A DNA stretch of 64,000 bases from a virus: the IMG/VR virus record IMGVR_UViG_3300023174_003154, positions 1 through 64,000 of that record. One strand, 5' to 3'. The translations under genes and the position numbers were made by a program. Each line of letters opens with the position of its first letter. The stretch's first letter is position 1. Below are positions 38,601-47,122 of the stretch, piece after piece. The notes under the pieces are model-generated. The model was not told the DNA's origin. It worked only from the letters and a program-made list of their open reading frames with translations, and made no database searches.

Positions 38601-40053
38601 TACAAGCGTAACACGTTATACTACTGGTACAGTAGTAACCAACACTGTTACTGATGTATATAATTCATATACCGGAACATTAGGTACACGATTTAACGGA
38701 TCAGATGATGGTAATATTGCTTTTACATCAAGTGATGATTCAGGTACTTATGGTAATTTGGTAGTTACTTCTGATAGAGATGCTCATGTACCTAGTCCAG
38801 CTACATACCCTAGTAATTTTTATAAAGTATTTTCAGCATACGCTACTAAAGCAATTGGTAGTATAAGCACAGGTTATAACGAAATCAAATTAACTCATTC
38901 TACCACTGGAAATACTAACCCGGTTGGTTATGTAAAAGACGATGTTACTTCTGTACCAACAATTGACGTTACCAGTGCTACTCTTACTACCGGAACAGCG
39001 GGTACTTACTTATATGTTTCTGGTATCCCGTATTTTAACACAGGAAGTCCTACTGTCGTATTAGCTGGAGCACAAATTTATAATTGGATTGGTCAAACAT
39101 ATCAAAATACAACTACACCTTTCACTATTTCACCTGATACAAATGATGAAAGTACTAGTGGTAGTGTTATTACATCTCAAACCAAAACTTACAGTAATCT
39201 AGATGGAGCTACAACATTCTTATCTAGTGGTATTCCTAAAGCAAATACAGGTAAAGATTCTGGTAACAAATATACAATAGGAAATCAAACTATAAACGTA
39301 GCACCAGCTAGTACAATGGCAGTTCAAACTATTAAGTATAGCATAACTAACGTAAATGGTACAAGTGCGACTGCAACAGTAGCAAAGAAAATTCAAGTCT
39401 TTACATCTACTCCAAGTGGTTTCGTAGAGACAAGTATTACTGCTCCAGCAGGAGCAACAACTGCAAAACGCATTGCAATCACCGGAGCAACTGGTGCAAA
39501 CCCAACATTCAGTAACAGCACTAACTATTATACAGGTAGTGCATGGACGGGGGCAGTAACAATTGCAGGTACTGACGAAGCGGTAGTTCGATGGAATCAA
39601 CTTAAGTGGTTCAACACTGATTTAAGTACAGGTTATCTACCGGTAGGACCTAATCTCAATTCAGGAAGAACTAGTGGTAATCAATATTTCCGAGGTGCAT
39701 TTACTAAAGGATCACTACAAAATTTTAATGTAACATTTACTGGTAAAATATCTGGATTGTTTTTTGCGGCACCTGGAACAGCAATTAGTACAGCAAGCAC
39801 ATTGAACGGATGGATTAATGCATCATTATCGTATGCTGGCAGTGGTGTACCGGGTGCAGGAACCGGTGGCAATGGCAGCAACGGTTGTGCTATTACAGTT
39901 GCAGATAGAGTACCTACTGGAAGTGTTGTTTCAGGAACAACATATCGTTTTACATTGGGTAGCGAAAATCTAGCAAATGCATATGGCAATCAATTGTTAT
40001 TCTGCATAGTTTTAGCTTCTGGCGACTATATAACAGCATGGAGTTTTAGCTAA
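35686..40053 (+). CDS. Fibre/structural protein with four PKD-like domains
   Basis: WDFGDG / YWGDG / WTWGDG (x2) at ~37270-38300; two DRG-x-LLHYY modules; 22-aa repeats. Confidence 0.7.
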   Translation: MASILKKFNSIGGFSVGDETPIDVIDANANVTANNLSVSGDASITGNLSVLGTVSYIETSTTYITDPITETGGGPNGNVLTTDDNMDRGSLLHYYDGKAIDAFIGWDSSNSEFTLASNVSVNNNVVTVNDLGNIRLGNIIASNVDVTGYVNSNLIPGIPGDGLTHAGYDLGSEANPWKDLWLSGFSIKLGNTTITSGAANSLSTANANIPDTLLVGNINATGFANITGNITGANANLGNLVTANFVSITANLTSGNASLGNLATANYFNITSNLTSGNASLGNLATANYVNVTANITSGNASLGNLATANYVNVANNLTVSGDASIAGNLNVMGTVSYIETTTTYVTDPLFELGGGANGNVLTSNDSMDRGTVLHYYTTKPVDAFIGWDNSNAEFALGSNVTVDYANNIVGFNEFGNLRAGNITTQGDITTSGNITITGNINVTGSISSGTGGAAINGNSIPLGYPTDGNLVSPGALAIWSNTTTVTDAIDDLNEVMLNVVKGTFVGNVDFTANIVAGPSPLALSFSRTFTGTATNYLWDFGDGTTSTSSTPTKTYSNVSGGQFTVALTVSNSGGSGSGASDTKTRTNYITLYTPTPIASFTLDKTTIDTGSVISLTNTSQYAQSYVIYWGDGTSDTIVSNSVAGGVGGGAKTHTYTVTGSADTRYQPYIVATSTTAGASPTSVTSSTQNVYVYKTHSPAFTYSSTTSYVSQLEGNDQYDTVGGHGFNITFTNTTPAGVGATTTFSGNYYKWTWGDGTTTSVNAGSGSAGDRSVAITHKFSLTNVLVGQTFTVKLEVYNGYSTSPFSSSTVTVTVHPDPQAIFTGNLVTLSDRTGDTSQTGYYFTDLNGVDRAIVRFTNSSLNANSYKWTWGDGSNSGVITTGAGTPGSTIDHTFASIGNYTVALLATGTYSESASDDTNTKTNYISINAAPTAPAGLSSKTLTMSTSSVGTSPYLAALATDNSGGNIPAAGTSVTRYTTGTVVTNTVTDVYNSYTGTLGTRFNGSDDGNIAFTSSDDSGTYGNLVVTSDRDAHVPSPATYPSNFYKVFSAYATKAIGSISTGYNEIKLTHSTTGNTNPVGYVKDDVTSVPTIDVTSATLTTGTAGTYLYVSGIPYFNTGSPTVVLAGAQIYNWIGQTYQNTTTPFTISPDTNDESTSGSVITSQTKTYSNLDGATTFLSSGIPKANTGKDSGNKYTIGNQTINVAPASTMAVQTIKYSITNVNGTSATATVAKKIQVFTSTPSGFVETSITAPAGATTAKRIAITGATGANPTFSNSTNYYTGSAWTGAVTIAGTDEAVVRWNQLKWFNTDLSTGYLPVGPNLNSGRTSGNQYFRGAFTKGSLQNFNVTFTGKISGLFFAAPGTAISTASTLNGWINASLSYAGSGVPGAGTGGNGSNGCAITVADRVPTGSVVSGTTYRFTLGSENLANAYGNQLLFCIVLASGDYITAWSFS
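36380..36630 (+). repeat. About four 66-bp (22-aa) in-frame repeats, NASLGNLATANY...
   Basis: ggtaa(c/t)gc(a/g)agtttaggtaatttagcaacagc at 36448 and 36514, plus diverged flanking copies. Confidence 0.85.
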
Positions 40054-41219
40054 TGGCTTTATCTACTACAGAACAACTTGACTATCTTTGGAAAAAGCTA
40101 GGGTACGGTGTAACTAAAACTGATACCGCGGCAAATAAGTTAGCGTATAATGAGGGTATACCTAGTCCGTTATTATTACGTGCTGATAAAATATGGGCGC
40201 AGGCTGCTGATATACCAAATTCTAAACCAAGTACAACATCTTCGGTTGTTCAAGTTTATAAAGACGGTACAGGAGCTTGGTCACCCACTGTTAAATGTAC
40301 TGAAGATTTGGGTGCAAGTGATAATAGAACTTGGAAAACTAATGTTACTGATTGGATCCCACCTGAATTTGGTGCAACCTATCTGGTTAGTGTTTATATC
40401 GATAATGATAATGCAACAGCACCGCAAACTACAGGTACACAAATCTTTGCCGCAGGCGCAAGTGCAAGCAGTAATGATGAATGGTTTTTTGACTATCAAT
40501 CAGGTGTCTTACACTTTATAGGAATTAGTTTACCAACTGCCATTACAACCGGCGTTACAGGTAAGAGTATTTTCATAAGTGGTGCAAGATATATTGGTTC
40601 TTTTGGTTTTAGCGAAACTGCAAATATTTCAAATGCTAGTATCACAACTGCAAATATCACAACTGCAAATATTACCACTGCAAACATTACCACTGCAAAC
40701 ATTGGTAATCTTAATATTACTGATAATATTGTTTCAAGTACCAATGCTAACGCTAATATTACTCTTCAACCAAATGGAACTGGAAACGTAACTTTAGCCG
40801 CTAATACTGTTGTTACTGGTAGCTTTACTGTACAAGGTAATGTAATTCTTAGTGGTGGCTCGCAGTCAGATAAAGTAACAGCGAATATAGTTACAACACC
40901 AAAGATTGAGAGTAGCACCACAAATATAGCAGTTGGATCAATGACACTAATTGACTCTTTCTTACCAACAAATTACAGAACGGCTAAATATGTTATAAAG
41001 GCTAGTGATAACACCGGGTACGAATCAGTTGAAGTGTTATTAGTGCATAATGGGTCAGAGAGCTATATTACAGTATACGGAGCAATTAGTTCTACAGACG
41101 ATGATATCATCTCAATTTCTAGTAACATAGGTGGCGGAAACGTAAATCTATATGCATCTAATGTATCAGGAAGAACAAACACGATAGTAAATTTTGTAGG
41201 AACTTACGTCAAGGACTAA
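40053..41219 (+). CDS. Fibre-like structural protein with ANITT pentapeptide repeats
   Basis: TAATG overlap with the upstream gene; 15-bp repeats at ~40620-40705; C-terminal YRTAKYVIKA...EVLLVHNG domain. Confidence 0.6.
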   Translation: MALSTTEQLDYLWKKLGYGVTKTDTAANKLAYNEGIPSPLLLRADKIWAQAADIPNSKPSTTSSVVQVYKDGTGAWSPTVKCTEDLGASDNRTWKTNVTDWIPPEFGATYLVSVYIDNDNATAPQTTGTQIFAAGASASSNDEWFFDYQSGVLHFIGISLPTAITTGVTGKSIFISGARYIGSFGFSETANISNASITTANITTANITTANITTANIGNLNITDNIVSSTNANANITLQPNGTGNVTLAANTVVTGSFTVQGNVILSGGSQSDKVTANIVTTPKIESSTTNIAVGSMTLIDSFLPTNYRTAKYVIKASDNTGYESVEVLLVHNGSESYITVYGAISSTDDDIISISSNIGGGNVNLYASNVSGRTNTIVNFVGTYVKD

Positions 41220-41228
41220 AAATAGGAT

Positions 41229-41726
41229 ATGGCAAACAAATATTTTAATGTAAAAACAGGAATTAGAACCGGTAACATTGTCCTTGATGCCGATAGTGGT
41301 AATGCCAATGTAGGTAACATAAATGTATCCAGATATGTTATGTCGAACCTACATCCCGGAATAGATGGTGTTTTGAGTTTGGGTAACGCAACTAATAGAT
41401 ATCAAAATGTCTTTATAGCTAACCAATTAAATATAAACGGTCAGAGTATTACTGCTAACGCTACTACCACTACTTTCTCCGGAAATATAGATGCAAATGG
41501 TATTTTTGCTAACACTGTAACAGTTAATAATCAATTAATCATAAATAGTAGTACAGATTCCAATACTACGGCTTCGGGAAGTCTTATAACTCAGGGCGGT
41601 GTAGGAATAAAGAAAGATTTGACTGTAGGTGGGAATATAAATTTAGCTAACGCTGCAGGTAATGCAAAAGGTGTTATAAATTATAATGATACCTCAGATA
41701 GTATAGATTTTAAATTTAACGGATAA
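41229..41726 (+). CDS. Short fibre segment protein
   Basis: GSLITQGGVGIKKDLTVGG repeat; C-terminal NDTSDSIDFKFNG shared with 42712. Confidence 0.55.
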   Translation: MANKYFNVKTGIRTGNIVLDADSGNANVGNINVSRYVMSNLHPGIDGVLSLGNATNRYQNVFIANQLNINGQSITANATTTTFSGNIDANGIFANTVTVNNQLIINSSTDSNTTASGSLITQGGVGIKKDLTVGGNINLANAAGNAKGVINYNDTSDSIDFKFNG

Positions 41727-41737
41727 GGAAAAACAAA

Positions 41738-42640
41738 ATGGTAGCACCAAGAACGATAGCGGCAAGATTAGAACACGACGGTACATTATTAGCCCGTACA
41801 GAATTTGATGAAGTTACACTCACTTATAATTCTATTGAAAAGACAGGCCATGTATATTCAGAAGAATTTGATGAACTAACATTGTCTAGTAATACCCCAA
41901 GTGGTGGTTCATTTTTATTAAATGGAACATCAGACAGAGTTTATATAGCAGGTAGTTCCGACTTAATGTTTGGATCCGCCGCATATACAATTGAAGGTTG
42001 GTTTAACACAAGTTCTACATCGTATCAACGTCTTTGGGACTTTTCAAACGGAGATAGCGTAGATATTAATGGATCTACTATCTACTATTGGAATGGTTCT
42101 GGAACTAGTTCTAGCGGATCGGGATTGATTCCGCAGAATCTATGGTTTCATGTTGCATTAGTTAGAAATAGTTCTACTGATGTAAGATTGTATGTGAACG
42201 GTGTCGAAAGAATACATGATACAGCCCCTTCATATAACTCAACAGCATCTAGACCATTAGCAATCGGCGGCGAAGTATTGACAAATGCTGATGGCAATTT
42301 TGCTGGAAATATTGCACAATTTCGTATTGTTAAGGGACTAGCAATATATACTGGGACATTCTCTACTGCAATTCGCCCATTGGCAGCAACACAACCTCCT
42401 ACACTAAACACACGTGCTATTACTGGTACAGAGACAAAATTGTTACTAAGTGTAGCAGATTCAGGACATCTTACAACTGATTCTGGAAACGGATCAGCAA
42501 AAACGATAACAACAACCGGAACTTATTCTGGTTCTACCCCATCTACCCAAAATTTTAATGGTAAGATGAAGCAACGAAGTACTGGAGAATTGTTAGTAGC
42601 TAACGAATTTGACGAGTATAATACAGCCGCTCTACAGTAA
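41738..42640 (+). CDS. LamG/ConA-like lectin domain inserted in an adaptor-like frame
   Basis: YTIEGWF, WFHVALVR, LYVNG, LAIGG, FAGNIAQFRIVKGLAIY; both termini homologous to the 77-aa ORF at 46868. Confidence 0.75.
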   Translation: MVAPRTIAARLEHDGTLLARTEFDEVTLTYNSIEKTGHVYSEEFDELTLSSNTPSGGSFLLNGTSDRVYIAGSSDLMFGSAAYTIEGWFNTSSTSYQRLWDFSNGDSVDINGSTIYYWNGSGTSSSGSGLIPQNLWFHVALVRNSSTDVRLYVNGVERIHDTAPSYNSTASRPLAIGGEVLTNADGNFAGNIAQFRIVKGLAIYTGTFSTAIRPLAATQPPTLNTRAITGTETKLLLSVADSGHLTTDSGNGSAKTITTTGTYSGSTPSTQNFNGKMKQRSTGELLVANEFDEYNTAALQ

Positions 42641-42711
42641 TTAATGTAGATAAGAGATAAATATAAGCATCGGCTAGATAAAAAATCACCAAACTATAAG
42701 GAAAAGATAAA

Positions 42712-45700
42712 ATGGCACAGTTAAAAGACAGTACGGTACATGGTAATTTAGACGTTACTACAGCACTTACCGCAGTTGATGTTACAATTAGCGGTAACTT
42801 GATTATTAGAGGTACAACAACTACTGTTGATACTACCACTTCACGAATCGAAGATTCAGTATTAGAATTAGGTGGCGGACCAGACGGTAATGCACTTGTC
42901 GGAGATGACGGGCATGATCGTGGTACGTTATTGCATTACTATGACGGTAGTGCAAAAAATGCATTTATTGGTTACAAAGACGGTGAGATTGTTCTTTCTG
43001 CAAACGTAACTTATACTGATAATGACATCACATTAGGTGCAAATAATGTATCAAAGGGTAATATTGTTGGTGGATATTTTGTAGGTAATGGTGATTATCT
43101 AACTAACTTGACTGGTAGTGAAGTTACTGGTACAGTTGCATTAGCAAACTATGCAACATATTCTGGTACTGTTTTAACTAATGCTCAACCTAATATTACT
43201 AGTGTTGGTACATTAGAATCATTGACTATAGGTAACGCAACATCAAACTCAGTTTTTGGTAATGGTACAATTCTAACAACTGGCTTAGCTAACTTATATC
43301 AACTAGTAGTTCGAAATGGTGCTAACATCACTGGTGATTTGAATGTGACTGGTGGAAATATTTACGGTAATTTTTCAGGAAATATTTCCGCTAAAGGTAG
43401 TGATACACAAGTTCAATTTAATGACGGTGGTTTAACAAATGCTACTTCTGGACTTACATTCACAAAAGCAAACAGTGGCTTGTATGTAAATGGTGAAGTC
43501 AACGCAGGCAGCTTCTATACATTAGGTGGTGCTACTATTGGCACAACTGCAAACGTTGGTAATTTAGTAACTCTTGGTTATGCTAACATTGCAACAGGTA
43601 ACATTGGAAACTTAACTGTTACTGGAACAGCAGAAATTGCCGGAACAGCAAACGTAGGTAATCTAAAAACATTGGGTTATGTAACTTCTAATGCAAATGT
43701 TACTGGTGCTAATTTAGTATCAAATGCAGACGTAACTACAGTTACATTATCCGCTTCTGGTAACGTAAGTACTCAAGCTAATTTAGTTGCTTCCGGATGG
43801 GCAAACATAACATTAACTGCTAATGTTGGTAATCTAGAATCAGCAGGTAATATTTACTCAACTGGTTGGGCTAACGTCAATCAATTATTCAGTCGCACAC
43901 ATGCTAACGTAACAGGTTATGCAAATGTTGGTAACTTAGTTACTGGTGGATTTGTTAATGCAGTAGGTAATGTTGTTGGTGGTAATGTAATAGCAAATAC
44001 TTTAGCTGAAGTCGGTAACCTAAAAATTCAAGCAGGTGGAACTGTTACAGGTGATTTGATCCCAGCAGTAAACGTCAATCAAGATTTAGGTAATGCAACA
44101 AATGCATGGAAAGATTTATGGTTAAGTGGTTCTAGTATTAAATTAGGAACACAGACAATTACATCTAACGCATCAGGTATTACACAATCAAATACTATTT
44201 TTGCTGTTGATTTTGTAGCTTCAAACAGTATTGTTGGAAATAGTATCTATGCCGCAGTTGAATTAAAGGGTGCAAACGTATTTGCAAATAACTTAACATC
44301 AACACGTGTTACATTTGCTGGTACAGATGGTAAGTTAGTTGATGATGCTAACATGACATTTGCTACAGATACTTTATCCGTTACAGGTAACGTTAACGGT
44401 ACTAAGAGTGTAGTTGGTGGCAATGTTTATTCAAACAATTTGACTGACACACGTTTAGTATTCTCAAATGCAGACCACAAATTAGTAGATGACGCAAAAC
44501 TTACATTTAATGGTACTACATTTACAGTTGATGCTATTGCAAACGTTACAGGTAACTTAACAGCAGCCAATGTTACAACAGGTGGAAACATTGTTGCAAA
44601 CGATGTAACTGCTAATGGTAACATAATTACAAATAATATTAGTGCTAGAACAACAGGTGATATTACTATCTCCGGTGGTTCAGCAAATGGTAATGTTATA
44701 TTAGCTCCTCAAGGTAATGGTACAATTAGTGCTTCTAATTTCCGTATCACTAATATTGCTTCTCCAGATGCATCTACTGATGCGGCTACAAAAGGTTATG
44801 TTGATGCTAACTCACAAGGTCTTGATATTAAGGCAAGTGTTCGTTTAGCAACAAGTGGCGACAGAGCATTGTCTGGATTAACAGCAGTTGACGGAGTTAC
44901 ACCAGTAGACGGTGATCGTATTCTTGTAAAATCACAAACTCTAGGTAGTGAAAACGGTATCTATGTTGCACATAGCGGTGCGTGGACTAGAGCAACTGAT
45001 GCAGTACAAGATAGTATTACTGGTGGTTCTTTCACATTCGTTGAAGAAGGTACAAATTATGCTGATACTGGTTGGGTTGTTTCTACAAATAATCCTATCA
45101 CTGTTGGTTCAACATCTATTGTTTGGACACAGTTCAGTTCAGCTGGTACAGTTTCAGTCAACGTAGCATTAAGCAAAGTTGGTAATGAAATCAATGTAAA
45201 GTTTGACACTACTACACTAGCAGTTAGTGGTACAAATGAGTTAAAAGTTGCAGACAGTGCAAGTTTCGTAACACCAAACATTGGTTCAGCAACTGGTTCA
45301 AGTTTAGATTTAGCTACTGGTAATATCACAGCAGGTAATGCTACAATTGGTACAGGTTCAGGTGGTTCTATTACTGGTGCAAACTTGGTAAGTGCTACAT
45401 ACTTCACAGGTACATTAACAACAGCGGCTCAGCCAAATATTACTAGTGTTGGTACGTTAGCTAACTTAACTGTTTCAGCAGACATTAATGCTAACGGTAA
45501 TATTCGTATCTCTAATACTCCTGGTGCGGCAAATGGTATCTTCAGTGATAACTATTACTACGCTAACGGTGTTGCAATTGACTTCCAAACAGCGGCAGGT
45601 AATGCATATGAAATTCAATTCAAGTCTGGTTCAGGTGATAACTTGGCTGCATCTGGAAACTTATCATTTGATACTTCTGGTAACACATTAACTACTGATA

Positions 45701-46854
45701 ATTTAGGTTTATATGGTACAGCAAACGTAAATGATGCAGTTGTTAGAACACTAACAGATACACATATCCCGTTTGCTAACGCAGGTCATGCATTGGTAGG
45801 TAGTTCTAGTTTAACATTCAGTTCAGTTAATAACGAACTAACAGTTACTAACGCTAATGTTACAACTACATTAAAAGCTGGTAACATCATTGATGACCAC
45901 TTAACTGCTGGCCGTATTACTTTTGCTGGTATAAGTAAAGAATTAGCTGATTCTGCAAATTTAGTTTATGATACAGCAGGTAAAGAACTACAAGTAGATA
46001 ATGCTAACATTGCAGGTGATACTAAAACAGGTAACGTAATAGTTTCTGCACTAACAACTATTGGTGGTATTCCTTACGCAGTATCAGGTAAATTAACTAA
46101 TGTTTCTACTCTATATTATGAGTCAACATCTAAGCAAGTTTACATGCCAAATGCAAACGTTACAGGTGCTATTGTTGCAAGCACAACTATAACAGCAACT
46201 GGAAATGTTGATGGCGGTAACATTACAACAGGTGGTAATATTGTTGCAACAGGAAATATTTCTGGTGGAAACATCTCTGGTACATTAGTCGGTGGTACAT
46301 TAACAACAGCAAGTCAACCAAACGTAACAAGCGTTGGTACATTGTTGGGAGTTACTGTTAACGGAGTTGCAAACTTAGGACCAATTGGTAATGTTTACAT
46401 CTCCGGTGGTTCTGATGGTCAGTACTTAAAGACTGATGGTGCTGGTAATCTAAGTTTTGGTACAGTTAACCAAGATAAAATTGCAAATGGTACAAGTAAC
46501 GTAAGCATCCCAACATCAAATGGTAACATTAATTTAGTTGTCGGTGGCACACAAATAATTGCTGTTACTGGTACAGGTGCTAATGTAACAGGTTACGTTG
46601 ATGTTACAGGTGATATTAATGCTAACAACATTACTGCAGGCAATGTATTAACAGTTGGTGCTCTTGCAGTATCAGCAGTTGATTCAACAAGTAGTATTAC
46701 TGGTGCATTAAAAGTAACTGGTGGTATTGCGGCTACAGGTAACATCTATACTGGTAAATCAGTTGGATTTGCAGATAACAACGGTGGTTCATCAAGCAAG
46801 GCTTACATTCAATTTAACTCTACTTCTAATAGTCTAGATTTCATCTTCAATTAA
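42712..46854 (+). CDS. Long fibre-like virion protein
   Basis: ANVGNL repeats; DAATKGYVD...LDIKASVRLAT...GDRILVK...ENGIYV phage fibre module; AQPNITSVGTL motifs. Confidence 0.7.
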   Translation: MAQLKDSTVHGNLDVTTALTAVDVTISGNLIIRGTTTTVDTTTSRIEDSVLELGGGPDGNALVGDDGHDRGTLLHYYDGSAKNAFIGYKDGEIVLSANVTYTDNDITLGANNVSKGNIVGGYFVGNGDYLTNLTGSEVTGTVALANYATYSGTVLTNAQPNITSVGTLESLTIGNATSNSVFGNGTILTTGLANLYQLVVRNGANITGDLNVTGGNIYGNFSGNISAKGSDTQVQFNDGGLTNATSGLTFTKANSGLYVNGEVNAGSFYTLGGATIGTTANVGNLVTLGYANIATGNIGNLTVTGTAEIAGTANVGNLKTLGYVTSNANVTGANLVSNADVTTVTLSASGNVSTQANLVASGWANITLTANVGNLESAGNIYSTGWANVNQLFSRTHANVTGYANVGNLVTGGFVNAVGNVVGGNVIANTLAEVGNLKIQAGGTVTGDLIPAVNVNQDLGNATNAWKDLWLSGSSIKLGTQTITSNASGITQSNTIFAVDFVASNSIVGNSIYAAVELKGANVFANNLTSTRVTFAGTDGKLVDDANMTFATDTLSVTGNVNGTKSVVGGNVYSNNLTDTRLVFSNADHKLVDDAKLTFNGTTFTVDAIANVTGNLTAANVTTGGNIVANDVTANGNIITNNISARTTGDITISGGSANGNVILAPQGNGTISASNFRITNIASPDASTDAATKGYVDANSQGLDIKASVRLATSGDRALSGLTAVDGVTPVDGDRILVKSQTLGSENGIYVAHSGAWTRATDAVQDSITGGSFTFVEEGTNYADTGWVVSTNNPITVGSTSIVWTQFSSAGTVSVNVALSKVGNEINVKFDTTTLAVSGTNELKVADSASFVTPNIGSATGSSLDLATGNITAGNATIGTGSGGSITGANLVSATYFTGTLTTAAQPNITSVGTLANLTVSADINANGNIRISNTPGAANGIFSDNYYYANGVAIDFQTAAGNAYEIQFKSGSGDNLAASGNLSFDTSGNTLTTDNLGLYGTANVNDAVVRTLTDTHIPFANAGHALVGSSSLTFSSVNNELTVTNANVTTTLKAGNIIDDHLTAGRITFAGISKELADSANLVYDTAGKELQVDNANIAGDTKTGNVIVSALTTIGGIPYAVSGKLTNVSTLYYESTSKQVYMPNANVTGAIVASTTITATGNVDGGNITTGGNIVATGNISGGNISGTLVGGTLTTASQPNVTSVGTLLGVTVNGVANLGPIGNVYISGGSDGQYLKTDGAGNLSFGTVNQDKIANGTSNVSIPTSNGNINLVVGGTQIIAVTGTGANVTGYVDVTGDINANNITAGNVLTVGALAVSAVDSTSSITGALKVTGGIAATGNIYTGKSVGFADNNGGSSSKAYIQFNSTSNSLDFIFN

Positions 46855-46867
46855 TTGGAGGTGATTA

Positions 46868-47101
46868 ATGGCTACTATTGCGGCGAGATTAAATAATTCC
46901 GGCACACTCTACGCTAACTCGCAAGGTAGCGTAGGGTTTGATGAAGTAAGTCATAGTGAAATAAGCATTACCCCGGAAGGGGTATTTGCTTATACTTTGG
47001 ATGAATACTCAGGCACCCAAAATAGCAAGGCAATGCAACAGCTAAATACGGGTGTACTTAAAATTTCCGGAGTTTTTGACGAGGTGTCAGGAATTACATA
47101 A
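46868..47101 (+). CDS. Small adaptor-like protein, paralogue of the 41738 termini
   Basis: MATIAARL...GTL.A...FDEV...MQQLNTGVLKISGVFDEV; GGAGG SD. Confidence 0.65.
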   Translation: MATIAARLNNSGTLYANSQGSVGFDEVSHSEISITPEGVFAYTLDEYSGTQNSKAMQQLNTGVLKISGVFDEVSGIT

Positions 47102-47122
47102 GTATATGTAAGGCAAAAAACT

